Positions 37,110 through 47,493 of a DNA stretch of 64,000 nt are shown here, in pieces; position 1 is the stretch's first letter, and each line of letters begins with the position of its first letter. This stretch comes from a virus. The position numbers and the translations under genes were made by a program. The stretch spans positions 6,078 to 70,077 of IMG/VR virus record IMGVR_UViG_3300021963_005683; one strand, written 5' to 3'. The notes under the pieces are model-generated. The model ran no database searches. It was not told the DNA's origin and was given only the letters and a program-made list of their open reading frames with translations.

Positions 37110-38468
37110 TTATCCCATATTCTCTACATACTTTTTGTGTAATAATTTCTTTTCTAAATTCTCTCCATTTTTAGAATCTTTTGTAGCAATTACACCATCA
37201 GCGGAGTTAGCTGCAAATATATCCATTATTCCGTGGAATGTATCAATTTTTGCAGGGAAAGTCATCCCATCAGGTCCAAATCGATTCTTAACGATGTGAA
37301 TACGACCTGTGTTTGATAACTTATCTTTTGTCTTTCTACTCACACTCATAATGAAATCGGCAGTTTGTACTTTCTTATAAGAATCACCAACTGAATCAGC
37401 TCCAATAATTTCGTGGTCGATAGCTGCTCTATTAGTTTGAGTTGCTGTCCAAATAGGAATTTGTTGTTCACCACTTAAACCTCTTAATTCTTCATAGATT
37501 CCACCTAATTCTGCATATAATCCATCTCTATTACTATTTCCACTTTTTAATAAATCGGCGTAATCAATAATGATTAAATTTGGATTAAATCCACTTGCTC
37601 TTAATTTTTCAATATGAGCCGAAAGTGTTTTAGCTGATGCAATTTGTGGTGGATAATACTTAATACGAACTCTACCTGGTGTATTCTTAATCTTACGAAT
37701 GATTTCATCTTTACGTTCTTTGTGTTCCGATGTTTGGATACCGGTGAGAATTGTTGTATATCTCTGTCCTACATAACTTTCAGATAATTCTAAAGTATAA
37801 TGTAAAACATTCATACCCTGCTGAACTGCTGAACATGCTATTTTAGATAAGAACCAACTTTTACCAATGCCTGATGGAGCCATTACAACTCCTAATTCGC
37901 CTGGTCCTAATCCTCCATCCGTTAATTCATCAATTACATCCCATCCTGTGGATACTGAAAAACGTTTGACATCTTCCATAATCAGTTCAAAATTATCGAT
38001 ATAATCCATCCCTAAGTCGTTTTCTACACCAACTTTGGATGCCGCCATCATTGTATCTATAATCTTATCGTAGTTACCTGCTTTGAGTAAATCTACCGAT
38101 TTTAGGAGGGCATCTTTTACTTTTTGGTTTTTACAAAATGTTAGATATTCCTTTTTTACATATGGTAAATCTTCCGAACCTATTTGTAAATAAACATTTT
38201 TTAATTGTTCAATTACAGTTTGCTTTAATGCTTTATCATCAACAACACCTACTTTGATTTTAAACACTTCCATTGTAGGAACTGTACGGTATTCATCGAA
38301 GTATCGTTGTACTTCTTCGATAATCCATTGGTTGGCTTGTGATTCAAAAAAAGCTGGTTTGGTTATTTCAGTTACCTGTTCTAAGAACTTTACATCTGAT
38401 ATAAGAGAAGCAACAACTTTAGATTGATACGATTGGCCATATTTGACTAGTGTATCTATTGCTTCCAT
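37110..38468 (-). CDS. Replicative DnaB-like helicase (gp41-like)
   Basis: APSGIGKS, LELSE, IIDYAD, TATQTNR, KNRFG. Confidence 0.93.
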   Translation of the reverse strand: MEAIDTLVKYGQSYQSKVVASLISDVKFLEQVTEITKPAFFESQANQWIIEEVQRYFDEYRTVPTMEVFKIKVGVVDDKALKQTVIEQLKNVYLQIGSEDLPYVKKEYLTFCKNQKVKDALLKSVDLLKAGNYDKIIDTMMAASKVGVENDLGMDYIDNFELIMEDVKRFSVSTGWDVIDELTDGGLGPGELGVVMAPSGIGKSWFLSKIACSAVQQGMNVLHYTLELSESYVGQRYTTILTGIQTSEHKERKDEIIRKIKNTPGRVRIKYYPPQIASAKTLSAHIEKLRASGFNPNLIIIDYADLLKSGNSNRDGLYAELGGIYEELRGLSGEQQIPIWTATQTNRAAIDHEIIGADSVGDSYKKVQTADFIMSVSRKTKDKLSNTGRIHIVKNRFGPDGMTFPAKIDTFHGIMDIFAANSADGVIATKDSKNGENLEKKLLHKKYVENMG

Positions 38469-38710
38469 TATTTCTTAGTTTTCTTTCTTGCTAATTTTTT
38501 CTCTTCGATTGATAATTCTTCTACTTGGTCAGTAACTTGGTCACTAACTTGCACACTCTTTGGTTTTCGAGTTGCTAATTTCCACTCCGATTTTGGGCAG
38601 AACGCCCATACTTTACTACTTACTTTGGTATCCGCTTCTAAATCTGCTACTCTACGAATTGTACCAATTTTATTGTCTTTTGTTTCTCTTACTACTTTAA
38701 TACACTTCAT
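38468..38710 (-). CDS. Hypothetical basic protein
   Basis: 80-aa ORF coupled to the helicase gene. Confidence 0.6.
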   Translation of the reverse strand: MKCIKVVRETKDNKIGTIRRVADLEADTKVSSKVWAFCPKSEWKLATRKPKSVQVSDQVTDQVEELSIEEKKLARKKTKK

Positions 38711-38738
38711 ACGGTTTGTCCATGTTTTAATTTAAAAA

Positions 38739-39044
38739 TTATTTTAATACCATTAAGATTTCTGATTCTCTTAATAAGGTATATTTTTCTCCATTGATTT
38801 TTACCTCTTGTCCCTGATGGTATGGTGGTAAAATCACTTCATCGCCTTCCTTTACACTCATTGGAATCAATGTTCCATTTTGTGTGTAAATGCCAGGTCC
38901 TACTTTGATAACCTCTGCTCTTTTAACATCTTCTAATTTAGCGCTGTCTGGAATAATAATTCCACCTGCAGTTCTATCACTTTGTTGTTCTGATTCTTTT
39001 AGGAGAACTCTATCTCCAATTGGTTGTGCTACTTTGTCTGCCAT
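38739..39044 (-). CDS. groES: Co-chaperonin GroES
   Basis: PIGDRVL, TAGGIIIPD, VGPG, VKEGD.V, RESEIL. Confidence 0.93.
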   Translation of the reverse strand: MADKVAQPIGDRVLLKESEQQSDRTAGGIIIPDSAKLEDVKRAEVIKVGPGIYTQNGTLIPMSVKEGDEVILPPYHQGQEVKINGEKYTLLRESEILMVLK

Positions 39045-39054
39045 AACTTATTTT

Positions 39055-40113
39055 TTAAAATTTACTAATATGTGAAAATGTTGATTGTAACCAATCGTTT
39101 ACATTTGGAAACGCATCTAACATACGATTCTTTATCCCTAACTTTAGAAATGAATGTTTATCAAACTTTGGAGTTGATTCATTGAACCTATCCATTATTT
39201 TTAAACGAAGATTGCCACTAAAGTCTGGTTCGGATAACTGCATCAATTTACGATTTCTTTTTAAGATTTCCAAATTGTTTTGAAATAATTCGTGTGCTTT
39301 TATTTTCTTTGGTAGAGTTTCAATATACTCTAACATAGATTCGGTAGTATGCACATTTTCTTCGGTTAGTATTGGAAATGCTTTGATAATTGTTTTTGCA
39401 CCCAATCCCGTAATGCCTTCTACATTATCGGATTTATCGCCATCAATCATTCTGAAATTAATAAAATTGTGAGGATGAAATCCGTATTCTTCTTTTACTT
39501 CATCGATTGTGTAAATCTTCTTCTTAGATGGTGAATATACACTAACATCTTTATTCACTAATTGAAGAAAATCTTTATCCGAACTCATTATTACTACTTT
39601 CTCATTTTCTTTCTTTAATGTAGTAGCTATATAAGCCATTACATCATCAGCTTCGATTCCATCGTAAATCATAATGGTTACGGGTAGAGCTGAAAGTAAC
39701 TCACCTAATCCTGTCATTTGACGTTTCATAGATGCACTTTCTTCTTCTGGGTTCATTTCAACGGAAGCGGCACGATTCAATCTCATTTTGATTTTGTTCT
39801 TACCTCTTTCGGATTTGTATCCTGCGTATATTTCTTTTCTGCTGTTTGAACCCCCCTTACCATCAAAAACTACGACTACTCGTGTAGGGTTAATTAATCG
39901 GATGGCGTAGCCGATACTTTTTAAAGTACCGACTATTCCTCCAATGTGGTCTCCGTTATCATTAAGATTCGGAGCGGTTGACCAAGAACGAATGAAGGTA
40001 TTAAGACCATCAATAACCAAAGTTTTGGAGTTACGTTGTAAATCTCCAAAACCCTTATGTTCTTCATCTATTTGTTTTAGTATATCTAAATACTTTTTAT
40101 TAATCTGACTCAT
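39055..40113 (-). CDS. 5'-3' exonuclease / RNase H (FEN, PolI N-terminal-like)
   Basis: IDGLN, VFDG, EADD, SSDKDFLQL, GDKSDN..G..G.G.KT. Confidence 0.92.
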   Translation of the reverse strand: MSQINKKYLDILKQIDEEHKGFGDLQRNSKTLVIDGLNTFIRSWSTAPNLNDNGDHIGGIVGTLKSIGYAIRLINPTRVVVVFDGKGGSNSRKEIYAGYKSERGKNKIKMRLNRAASVEMNPEEESASMKRQMTGLGELLSALPVTIMIYDGIEADDVMAYIATTLKKENEKVVIMSSDKDFLQLVNKDVSVYSPSKKKIYTIDEVKEEYGFHPHNFINFRMIDGDKSDNVEGITGLGAKTIIKAFPILTEENVHTTESMLEYIETLPKKIKAHELFQNNLEILKRNRKLMQLSEPDFSGNLRLKIMDRFNESTPKFDKHSFLKLGIKNRMLDAFPNVNDWLQSTFSHISKF

Positions 40114-41206
40114 TTGCTCCGTCCGTTGTTGATTCAACTTCATCCGTTGCCGAATTTGTTTTGTATTGTAAAATGGTTGCCTCACAAATCCTACGATAGA
40201 TTTGGTCTTTTAGTTCTTCGTTCTCTAACATCTTAGTGAAGTCTTTAGATTGGAATTTACTAATTTCGCCTGTATCAATATCAATGTATTCATACCAAGC
40301 TCCTGCTTGCTTTAAGATTTTAGCATCTTTCATAACTGCTAACCAACCTCCGTAGTTATCGATACCTCTATCAAAGAAGATATCAAAATCTGCACACCTT
40401 AGTGGTGGCCCCATTCTATTTTTAATAACTTGCGTACGAACTTTAATACCAACGATTCTATCACCAACTTTTAATTGCCCCATACTCTTCAATCTCAATC
40501 TAACCGAACTATGAAATGCTAATGCTTTACCACCTGATGTTGTCCAAGGGTCGCCAAACATTGCGTTCATTTTTTGTCTTAACTGATTTGTGAATACTAA
40601 AGCGATTGATTGTCTACCAATCATATTGGTAATCTTTCTCATTGCTTTGGAAATAATAATAGCTTTATCAGTTGCGTAACCATCTTTATCATAATCAGCT
40701 TCCATCTCTTTCTTTGAAGATGCCGCTGCTACTGAATCGACTACGATTGTAACTAATCTATCTTTATCACCCGTTCTTACTTTCTCAATAATTGTTTCAC
40801 ACGCTTCGAAAATACCTTCAACAGTATCAACTGAAACGTAAAGTAGTTTTGAGATATCTACTCCGATTGCTTCTAAAAATTCTCTACTTACTGCGGTTTC
40901 CGTATCTATTAGTACTGCAACACCACCCTTCTTTTGGGTTTCTGCTAAGAGATGGGCGGAGAGCAGAGATTTTCCACTCTGCTCTAAACCCGTAATCTCA
41001 CTAATACGACCAACCGGCAAACCACCATAAGGACGATTTGAAATTGCCACATCTAACATTGCGTTACCCGTAGATAACCAATCTTTAACGTTAGTAGGTG
41101 CATCCGTACTATCATCATCTAAGAAATAGGCAATCTTACCATCCTTATTTTGTTTGTTGAGAGTGTCAGCGAGTATGCTCGCTAAGTCTTCTTCTCTTTT
41201 GGCCAT
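40100..41206 (-). CDS. recA: RecA/UvsX recombinase
   Basis: GLEQSGKS, IDTE, VVDSVAA, NQLR, TTSGG.AL.F. Confidence 0.93.
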   Translation of the reverse strand: MAKREEDLASILADTLNKQNKDGKIAYFLDDDSTDAPTNVKDWLSTGNAMLDVAISNRPYGGLPVGRISEITGLEQSGKSLLSAHLLAETQKKGGVAVLIDTETAVSREFLEAIGVDISKLLYVSVDTVEGIFEACETIIEKVRTGDKDRLVTIVVDSVAAASSKKEMEADYDKDGYATDKAIIISKAMRKITNMIGRQSIALVFTNQLRQKMNAMFGDPWTTSGGKALAFHSSVRLRLKSMGQLKVGDRIVGIKVRTQVIKNRMGPPLRCADFDIFFDRGIDNYGGWLAVMKDAKILKQAGAWYEYIDIDTGEISKFQSKDFTKMLENEELKDQIYRRICEATILQYKTNSATDEVESTTDGANESD

Positions 41207-41220
41207 TGTAACTTTTTTAA

Positions 41221-42081
41221 TTAGTTGTTGAATAAATCATCGAATGCCGATGCTACATCATCTTTTGGTGCTGCTGCTTTTGGTGCGGCAGGTGCTTCAG
41301 TTTCCCAAGGCAAATCTCCACTAATATCAGATGTTCCACCTAAATCTACTGATGGTTGTGGTTTTACTTTAGGAGCTTGTTTAGGAGCTTCTAATTCTTC
41401 AACTACACTATCACTATCAGTAGATGCTACTGCTGATGGGTTTAACCAAGTTTCTAATACACCTTTTAATTCTGAATAAGATAATTCTGAATATACTTCG
41501 GTAATATCTTTTTGATTTTCCAAAATAGTTTGAATTGCTTCCGGCGAATCAGCTACCTTTGTTTGAGCTGGCTTAACACGGATTGTAGTCGTTGGATATG
41601 ATGTACCTGATTCTTCAGCTGCAACAATTTCCAATACGATATCTCTACCATTCAATGGGTTTGTGATATCTCCGTAATCCGGGTCAGCGATGTAACCTAA
41701 GATATCCTGGTAAACGGTCTTACCGAATCCCCAAAATTTAACACCTTCGTTTTCTTTACCTCTTACAATAACAGGTGCAAAAGTTCTTAACTTTGGCTCC
41801 ATTTTCTTACCTGCTTTCCAATCATCGGTGTCGCCTGTACGTTTAAGTTTTTCTGCAAACTCAACAATAGGGTCAGGTCTACCAAATGAAATTGGAGATA
41901 GATAAGTTTTGTTGTTAATGTTGTAGTGAAAGTAAAGTTCAATAAACGGGATGTCTTTGTTGAACTTGTAGGGAACTAATCTAATTTGATGTTTTCCCGG
42001 TGTTGGCTTCCAAAGTGAATCTGATTTTTTGGAAGTGTTTTGTAACGAGTTAAATCGTTTCAAGGCTAATGAAATGTCCAT
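41221..42081 (-). CDS. Single-stranded DNA-binding protein (gp32-like)
   Basis: W.P..G...IR, FGK.V, GDIT.P..GRD and an acidic tail ending FDDLF. Confidence 0.8.
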   Translation of the reverse strand: MDISLALKRFNSLQNTSKKSDSLWKPTPGKHQIRLVPYKFNKDIPFIELYFHYNINNKTYLSPISFGRPDPIVEFAEKLKRTGDTDDWKAGKKMEPKLRTFAPVIVRGKENEGVKFWGFGKTVYQDILGYIADPDYGDITNPLNGRDIVLEIVAAEESGTSYPTTTIRVKPAQTKVADSPEAIQTILENQKDITEVYSELSYSELKGVLETWLNPSAVASTDSDSVVEELEAPKQAPKVKPQPSVDLGGTSDISGDLPWETEAPAAPKAAAPKDDVASAFDDLFNN

Positions 42082-42177
42082 TTTTCTTTTGTTTTAAAGT
42101 TAATAATTGTTTTTAAAGTTTAGGTGTATATCGATATTACCTATATCTAAATATAACCTTTTTATCTTTTGTTGTAT

Positions 42178-42209
42178 CAAATATACAACTATTTTTTTAA
42201 TATTCCAAA
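42178..42209 (-). promoter_or_regulatory. Bacteroidota-type promoter
   Basis: TTTG-N20-TATATTTG. Confidence 0.7.
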
Positions 42210-42563
42210 TTATTTCGCCCATTTATTTCTAGTCACCAATTGAGAGATAACTGAATAAACTGCGAGGTCTTGGTAGGTATCTTCGATTGATTCTCCTACT
42301 TCATCCGGAGCCCCTAATACTACCAATTGTTTTAATCTTTGAATCTTATCATTCTTTCTGAACCATAGTCCACTTAATGATAATTTGATATCTTCGTTGG
42401 TTTGAAGTGCCGTTCCTACGGAAATATTTCCAGTTCCATAGTTTCTTTGCTTTTTGCAAAATGTAGTGTACATCTCATCTAAGATGTTTTTGAATTCTTC
42501 GCACGTTTGTGGATAGGTTTCTTCGCAATATTCGATTGCAGTTTGTTCTTTAATTTCCGACAT
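42210..42563 (-). CDS. DUF1599 / nucleotide-modification-associated domain 1 protein
   Basis: KK..NYG, R.NDKIQRL, ESIEDT..DLAVY. Confidence 0.75.
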   Translation of the reverse strand: MSEIKEQTAIEYCEETYPQTCEEFKNILDEMYTTFCKKQRNYGTGNISVGTALQTNEDIKLSLSGLWFRKNDKIQRLKQLVVLGAPDEVGESIEDTYQDLAVYSVISQLVTRNKWAK

Positions 42564-42598
42564 GATTAATTTTTATTTGTTTCTATTTTATATTAGAA

Positions 42599-42630
42599 CA
42601 AATATAATAAATTAATTCGGAATTTCCAAA
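42599..42630 (-). promoter_or_regulatory. Bacteroidota-type promoter
   Basis: TTTG-N20-TATATTTG. Confidence 0.7.
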
Positions 42631-42643
42631 TTAAAAAGTATTA

Positions 42644-43048
42644 TTATTTAAAATCAGAAAGATTTAAACTTTTGAAAACTTTTGTAGGGATTTTTTTGTA
42701 GCCGTAGTTTGATGTGGTGATTATAGAGTTTCTATAATCTTCCCAATCTAATTGATATGAATTATCTAATTGTCCACCTGTCTTAGATTTAATAACTTCA
42801 TTTAAGGCGTTAATTGTATAGATGGTATTTGATTGCTTCTTTCTATGAACTAAAATAGTTTTCCATTGAGAATCTATTGGCGATGAACCTTTCTCCACAT
42901 TAAATGTAATAAATAAATCATCCTCCTTTAGTCTATTTTCTAATATAAAAATATTTGGATTTATTAAGACATAACTTTGTATTACAAATTGTAAGGATAT
43001 ATCTAATTCTGGTCTATATGTAAATAAACATAATAGTTGTGTATTCAT
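42644..43048 (-). CDS. Hypothetical phage protein
   Basis: QLLCLF and VHRKKQSNTIYTINALN. Confidence 0.65.
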   Translation of the reverse strand: MNTQLLCLFTYRPELDISLQFVIQSYVLINPNIFILENRLKEDDLFITFNVEKGSSPIDSQWKTILVHRKKQSNTIYTINALNEVIKSKTGGQLDNSYQLDWEDYRNSIITTSNYGYKKIPTKVFKSLNLSDFK

Positions 43049-43052
43049 TTTT

Positions 43053-45254
43053 TTATATTCTCTTTTTCTCGTTATGAAATCTTCCTGCTCCTGGATTTCT
43101 ACTTCTTCCTTCTAAATCAAATCCAATGTTGAATTCAGGTTTAGGATATGCTAGTATTTCTATGCCATCAGAACTATCTACAAAGATTCTACGTTCTTTT
43201 ACTAATTTAGCTCCACCTTTATCTTCTTTTTGAGATAGTACACTATCATTCGAAAAATCCTGAACATCTACATTTGTATTGTAGGCTTCATGTGCTAACT
43301 CGGTGTACATATATCTAGATTCCAATCTCAATCGTAAAGCCGATGTAATACTTGCATTAACCTCTAACCCTGCTTTTTGTCTTTCTAATATTACTTTTGC
43401 AAGAGCACTGGTGACTTTACTTTCACCTTTCCCACCCTTCTTTAATTCATTTTCAATTTGCTTAACAAATTCAGGACTTACATTTAATTTTAGAGATTTT
43501 TGTTTTAATTCTTCCTGATACCCTTTGTTTAATGCTTGATGCTCTTTTAATGAACTATCTAACTTTATTTCGAATGGTTTACCATGTGATTCTGATAATT
43601 CGATTACTCCTTTTCTAATTAATCCTTTTGGGTCATTTTTATACGTTGATTTTCTAGCTTTAGAACCCAATCCACTTGCTCCACCAACACCTTTTTTAAC
43701 ACTTCTACCATCCAATGTTACGATTCTATTCTCACCCTTACCATTTGAAATGGTAATAACATCTACTGTTTCTAATGTTGTACTTTGTGGTAATAATGCA
43801 CATTTACCATTTTGTGTTCCTTTACCATTATCATGCATTTCCTGTATAGCTACAAAGATTTCTGCGTAATTTGCCCAACCTTCTTTTAAAGATGGTTCTC
43901 CATCGTGATTTGCTATATTAGATAAAATTGTTTCAAATTCTTTTGACCATGCTTCGGGATTTTTGTTAGGGTCTTTTTTTGAAAAAGTATTAAGAGTATC
44001 AATAAGTTTTAACGTTTCATCATCTGTTATTAAAGCCTTATCAGCTAATGCTTTAAACCTTGTCCCCATCCCACTAATAGCTTCTTTGATTACAGTTACT
44101 CTATTTTCCGGAGAATCGGGTATAACTCCCGTATCCATATCAATGAAATCTAAATCACCTGCTTCTATTTTTTCGGCGTATTCATCCATTGTTCTATTAT
44201 TCTTTTCTATTTGCTTTCGTTGTCTATCCGATTTTGCTGATTTTGGGTCTACTCTAACTATATTAAGTCCACCTACTTTAACAGACTCTACCGTACCATC
44301 TTTTGCTTTTTTAACCTGACTTGCTCCTTTTAATAATCTAGTTTTACCAGCTTTATCAACATATGTTTGATTTGCGGTTGAAAGTTTACCACCAAATGTA
44401 GATGGGGATAATTCAGCCATACCATTATTTCTAACAAATTTACCAAACGCACCATTTACGGGATTAGATGAATCTTTTGCTCCAACATATATTCTTACTC
44501 TAGAAGTTGGTCCTTGGCTTTTAAAATTACCAGGTTCTTTAGCTATATAAAATTTAGTAGCATTTGGATTATTTTCGGTTGGTTCTGCTACTCTAATATA
44601 TTGAGCTGTCAATTTTTGCTCTGAAGAATTTAGTTTTTCTCCATTAAATAATTTTCCAAGTAATTCTTTAACTTTTTTATGGTCAGCGGCGTGTGGGTTT
44701 CCTTTTGTTTTTGCAAGTTTATCAATTGTATCTAACACCGATTTTTGAGCCTGAACAGTATTTTGTAATTGTGCTTCTGTTTTTTTATTATTTCCCATTC
44801 CAGCAACTATATCAGAAAATTTACCACTTGATTTTGTATTAGAAGATGGTTTAGATTGTTTTGATTGTGTAGTTTGCTGAGCTCTTTTTTCGGCTCCACT
44901 TATTTTAATTGTAGCAGGCTTAACTGATTTTGGTGTATCCTTTGAAGGTTTTGATGTTTTACTCATCAACTTCATAGCTGCTAAATATCCTGGATGCTTA
45001 TCATCGTATTTTATAGCCGATGAATATTTTACAGTATGCTTTTTTCCCCCTTTATCAACATAAGTTACTTCTGGGTCTTTTTTATTTGCTTCTGCTTTTT
45101 CTCTCAAACTATTAATTGCTTGTGAATTGTATATACGATTCTCCTCTAAGATGATAACTAATTCATCTAAGTGTTCTTCGTTGGTTAAATCAACTATTCC
45201 GGTTGGAATTCTATAACTTAGTTCCAATAATATTTCTTCGAAATTTGGAGTCAT
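43053..45254 (-). CDS. Large hypothetical protein, putative virion-internal
   Basis: 733 aa; ILLELSYR N-terminus, LRE site, K/S/T/P linker. Confidence 0.6.
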   Translation of the reverse strand: MTPNFEEILLELSYRIPTGIVDLTNEEHLDELVIILEENRIYNSQAINSLREKAEANKKDPEVTYVDKGGKKHTVKYSSAIKYDDKHPGYLAAMKLMSKTSKPSKDTPKSVKPATIKISGAEKRAQQTTQSKQSKPSSNTKSSGKFSDIVAGMGNNKKTEAQLQNTVQAQKSVLDTIDKLAKTKGNPHAADHKKVKELLGKLFNGEKLNSSEQKLTAQYIRVAEPTENNPNATKFYIAKEPGNFKSQGPTSRVRIYVGAKDSSNPVNGAFGKFVRNNGMAELSPSTFGGKLSTANQTYVDKAGKTRLLKGASQVKKAKDGTVESVKVGGLNIVRVDPKSAKSDRQRKQIEKNNRTMDEYAEKIEAGDLDFIDMDTGVIPDSPENRVTVIKEAISGMGTRFKALADKALITDDETLKLIDTLNTFSKKDPNKNPEAWSKEFETILSNIANHDGEPSLKEGWANYAEIFVAIQEMHDNGKGTQNGKCALLPQSTTLETVDVITISNGKGENRIVTLDGRSVKKGVGGASGLGSKARKSTYKNDPKGLIRKGVIELSESHGKPFEIKLDSSLKEHQALNKGYQEELKQKSLKLNVSPEFVKQIENELKKGGKGESKVTSALAKVILERQKAGLEVNASITSALRLRLESRYMYTELAHEAYNTNVDVQDFSNDSVLSQKEDKGGAKLVKERRIFVDSSDGIEILAYPKPEFNIGFDLEGRSRNPGAGRFHNEKKRI

Positions 45255-45263
45255 CTTTTAGTA

Positions 45264-46130
45264 TTATTTTCTTTTTATTAGAGATTTCAATTTTATATGA
45301 TTCTCTTTAACAGAAGAGCCTTTTGAAAATTTAGATTTCAATTTATCATATATTGGTTGAAACTCATCTATACTCATTTCACCCTTTAATACTTTTTGAA
45401 CTTCAGGTATTTTCATTAAAGCCTTTGTAACTTTATAAGCTTGTTGTGGTTCTAAATCATTATCACCGGTAAGTGCATCGTAATCAGGTTCAAAATATGG
45501 CATTCCTGCATCATTTGCAAATACGATTGAAAATTTACCATCATTGTTTGGGCTTCCTACTGATAAACTAATATAGTTACCACTTTCTTGGTCAGCATCT
45601 TTAGAAACTATTGTCATAGGTCCTTCCCAACCACCACCTCCACCACTACTTTCACGTGTAGTAGAAAATCCATTACCTGTTAAATTTAAATCATCTTCAA
45701 GTGCCGATTCTACTTTATCCAATCTATCGGATGTAAGTGCTACGCCATCGCCCGCTTCTTCATCATCATACCCATAATCATCATCATCTTCATCATCATA
45801 ATCATTGTATCCCGAGCTATCGCTTTTTTCAGCATCTTTCCAATACTCTTTATTATCGTATTTAGATTTTTCAGCGTTAGGTTCTACTTTTTTAGTATCA
45901 GATGATGCTCCACCCGCCTTAGCAAATACTGAAGCTCCTTTATCTTTACCAAATACCGATGAACCCTTAGTAGGTTTGGAATCTTTAGCTGCTTGTCCAG
46001 CAGTTGTAACTTTACCTGCGATTGTTACTTTGGTAGCGGGTCTTAATTCGTGTTGTTTAACATATGCATCAAATTGGTCTTGATTTTTAAAATCAATTTC
46101 TTTTAGTGGGATTAAATTAACTAGCTTCAT
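45264..46130 (-). CDS. Hypothetical protein, putative virion-internal
   Basis: MKLVNLIPLKE N-terminus, acidic linker, C-terminal VKENHIKLKSLIK. Confidence 0.6.
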   Translation of the reverse strand: MKLVNLIPLKEIDFKNQDQFDAYVKQHELRPATKVTIAGKVTTAGQAAKDSKPTKGSSVFGKDKGASVFAKAGGASSDTKKVEPNAEKSKYDNKEYWKDAEKSDSSGYNDYDDEDDDDYGYDDEEAGDGVALTSDRLDKVESALEDDLNLTGNGFSTTRESSGGGGGWEGPMTIVSKDADQESGNYISLSVGSPNNDGKFSIVFANDAGMPYFEPDYDALTGDNDLEPQQAYKVTKALMKIPEVQKVLKGEMSIDEFQPIYDKLKSKFSKGSSVKENHIKLKSLIKRK

Positions 46131-46185
46131 TGTTTTTGTTTTATTTGTTTTCTATTATATAAATATCGGATATAAATATAAATTT

Positions 46186-47451
46186 TTATCCTATTACAAC
46201 TAAATTATCGTAATTAGTTCCTTCATACGATTTAACGGGAAACCCACCTCTTTCCAATGTGGTCTTTAATTCGCCTAAAAGGTTATCTCTATCCTGCGGA
46301 TGTACATCAATTAAGAACGCATCATATGTATATAGTATCATTTTTGACCTTCTCCCATCACACCACTTCAGTACCTCATCAATCTTAGTATAATTGATTT
46401 CAGTTTCCAATGCCTGAAGAAGATAGTTAAACACCTTTTGTTCGTTGGCGGCTTCGATTCGTTGGAATGGGATTTCCCTCTTATATAGAGGTGTCGTTAA
46501 TTTTCCCGAAATTACGAACTTTTGGTAAACCGATTGAACATATTCATCTACCTTTTGAAAGAACGGAATAGTTTTGGCAAATTCATCCAACCCACCATAA
46601 AGGTATCGGAATGAAAGGGCTTTGGATTCTTCGGTCGTAACCCCATAATATTTTGCTAAATGTTCGTGCGCCGTTTCCCCTTCCGGAAACACATAACCCA
46701 CCATCTTACCAATGATACGGATGTGATAGGATTCATAATCGAATTGAATTAAAGTACCTCCCTTAAAACGGCTCACTATATTACTTCTACACCCATCGGA
46801 TTTATTCATAGCAGCCCAATTCACATTGAGATGTCTATTACTCGGTCTGCCCGTTACCGTATATGGATTGTATTTTGTGTACGCAAACCCATTGGGCAGA
46901 TACTCTTTGTTGAAATGAAATCTATCAATAAATTTTTCCTCTTCGACTTTCACCCCAGCCCCCTCCAGCCTCCCTAATATTTTAATGGAATCTGAATATT
47001 TTCTATACCAAGGTTTAATTTCTGAAATTAATGGAATCGTTTTTAAGAGCTCGTACCATCTCATCATAGGTACACAATCATTTAGATATTTAAAGTCGCT
47101 TCTGTACCCCTTATAAACCCCGTCAGCGAACTCATTGAATATGAACGACTTACCATACTCTTCAAAGTAAACCCACTCATAATCAAGCCCTTTGCTACCT
47201 ATATATCGATTCCCATAAACCAATGTATTCTCATTCACAAACAAACTTAGTGCTGCCTGTTTGCATTGTCCGGCATCGATATGATTGAAATTTATAATGT
47301 AATCGGAATCCTTTGTTCTAAGGTACGCAAATGATATGGATGTATCGTATTCGTGTGCCTTTGGAGAACTCCATACGGGCACCATCAAATCTATCTTTGG
47401 ATTGGATTTGTAGAACTCTACTAGGGCGTTATTTGTTTCGATTAAATTCAT
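46186..47451 (-). CDS. Compact family A DNA polymerase-like protein
   Basis: TGRPS, motif A FDYESYHIR, motif B SKALSFRYLYG, NYLLQ, motif C YTYDAF. Confidence 0.8.
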   Translation of the reverse strand: MNLIETNNALVEFYKSNPKIDLMVPVWSSPKAHEYDTSISFAYLRTKDSDYIINFNHIDAGQCKQAALSLFVNENTLVYGNRYIGSKGLDYEWVYFEEYGKSFIFNEFADGVYKGYRSDFKYLNDCVPMMRWYELLKTIPLISEIKPWYRKYSDSIKILGRLEGAGVKVEEEKFIDRFHFNKEYLPNGFAYTKYNPYTVTGRPSNRHLNVNWAAMNKSDGCRSNIVSRFKGGTLIQFDYESYHIRIIGKMVGYVFPEGETAHEHLAKYYGVTTEESKALSFRYLYGGLDEFAKTIPFFQKVDEYVQSVYQKFVISGKLTTPLYKREIPFQRIEAANEQKVFNYLLQALETEINYTKIDEVLKWCDGRRSKMILYTYDAFLIDVHPQDRDNLLGELKTTLERGGFPVKSYEGTNYDNLVVIG

Positions 47452-47457
47452 ACCCTA

Positions 47458-47489
47458 CAAATATACAAATTATTTATTTAATTTCCAAA
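47458..47489 (-). promoter_or_regulatory. Bacteroidota-type promoter
   Basis: TTTG-N20-TATATTTG, 6 nt before the ATG. Confidence 0.7.
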
Positions 47490-47493
47490 TGCT

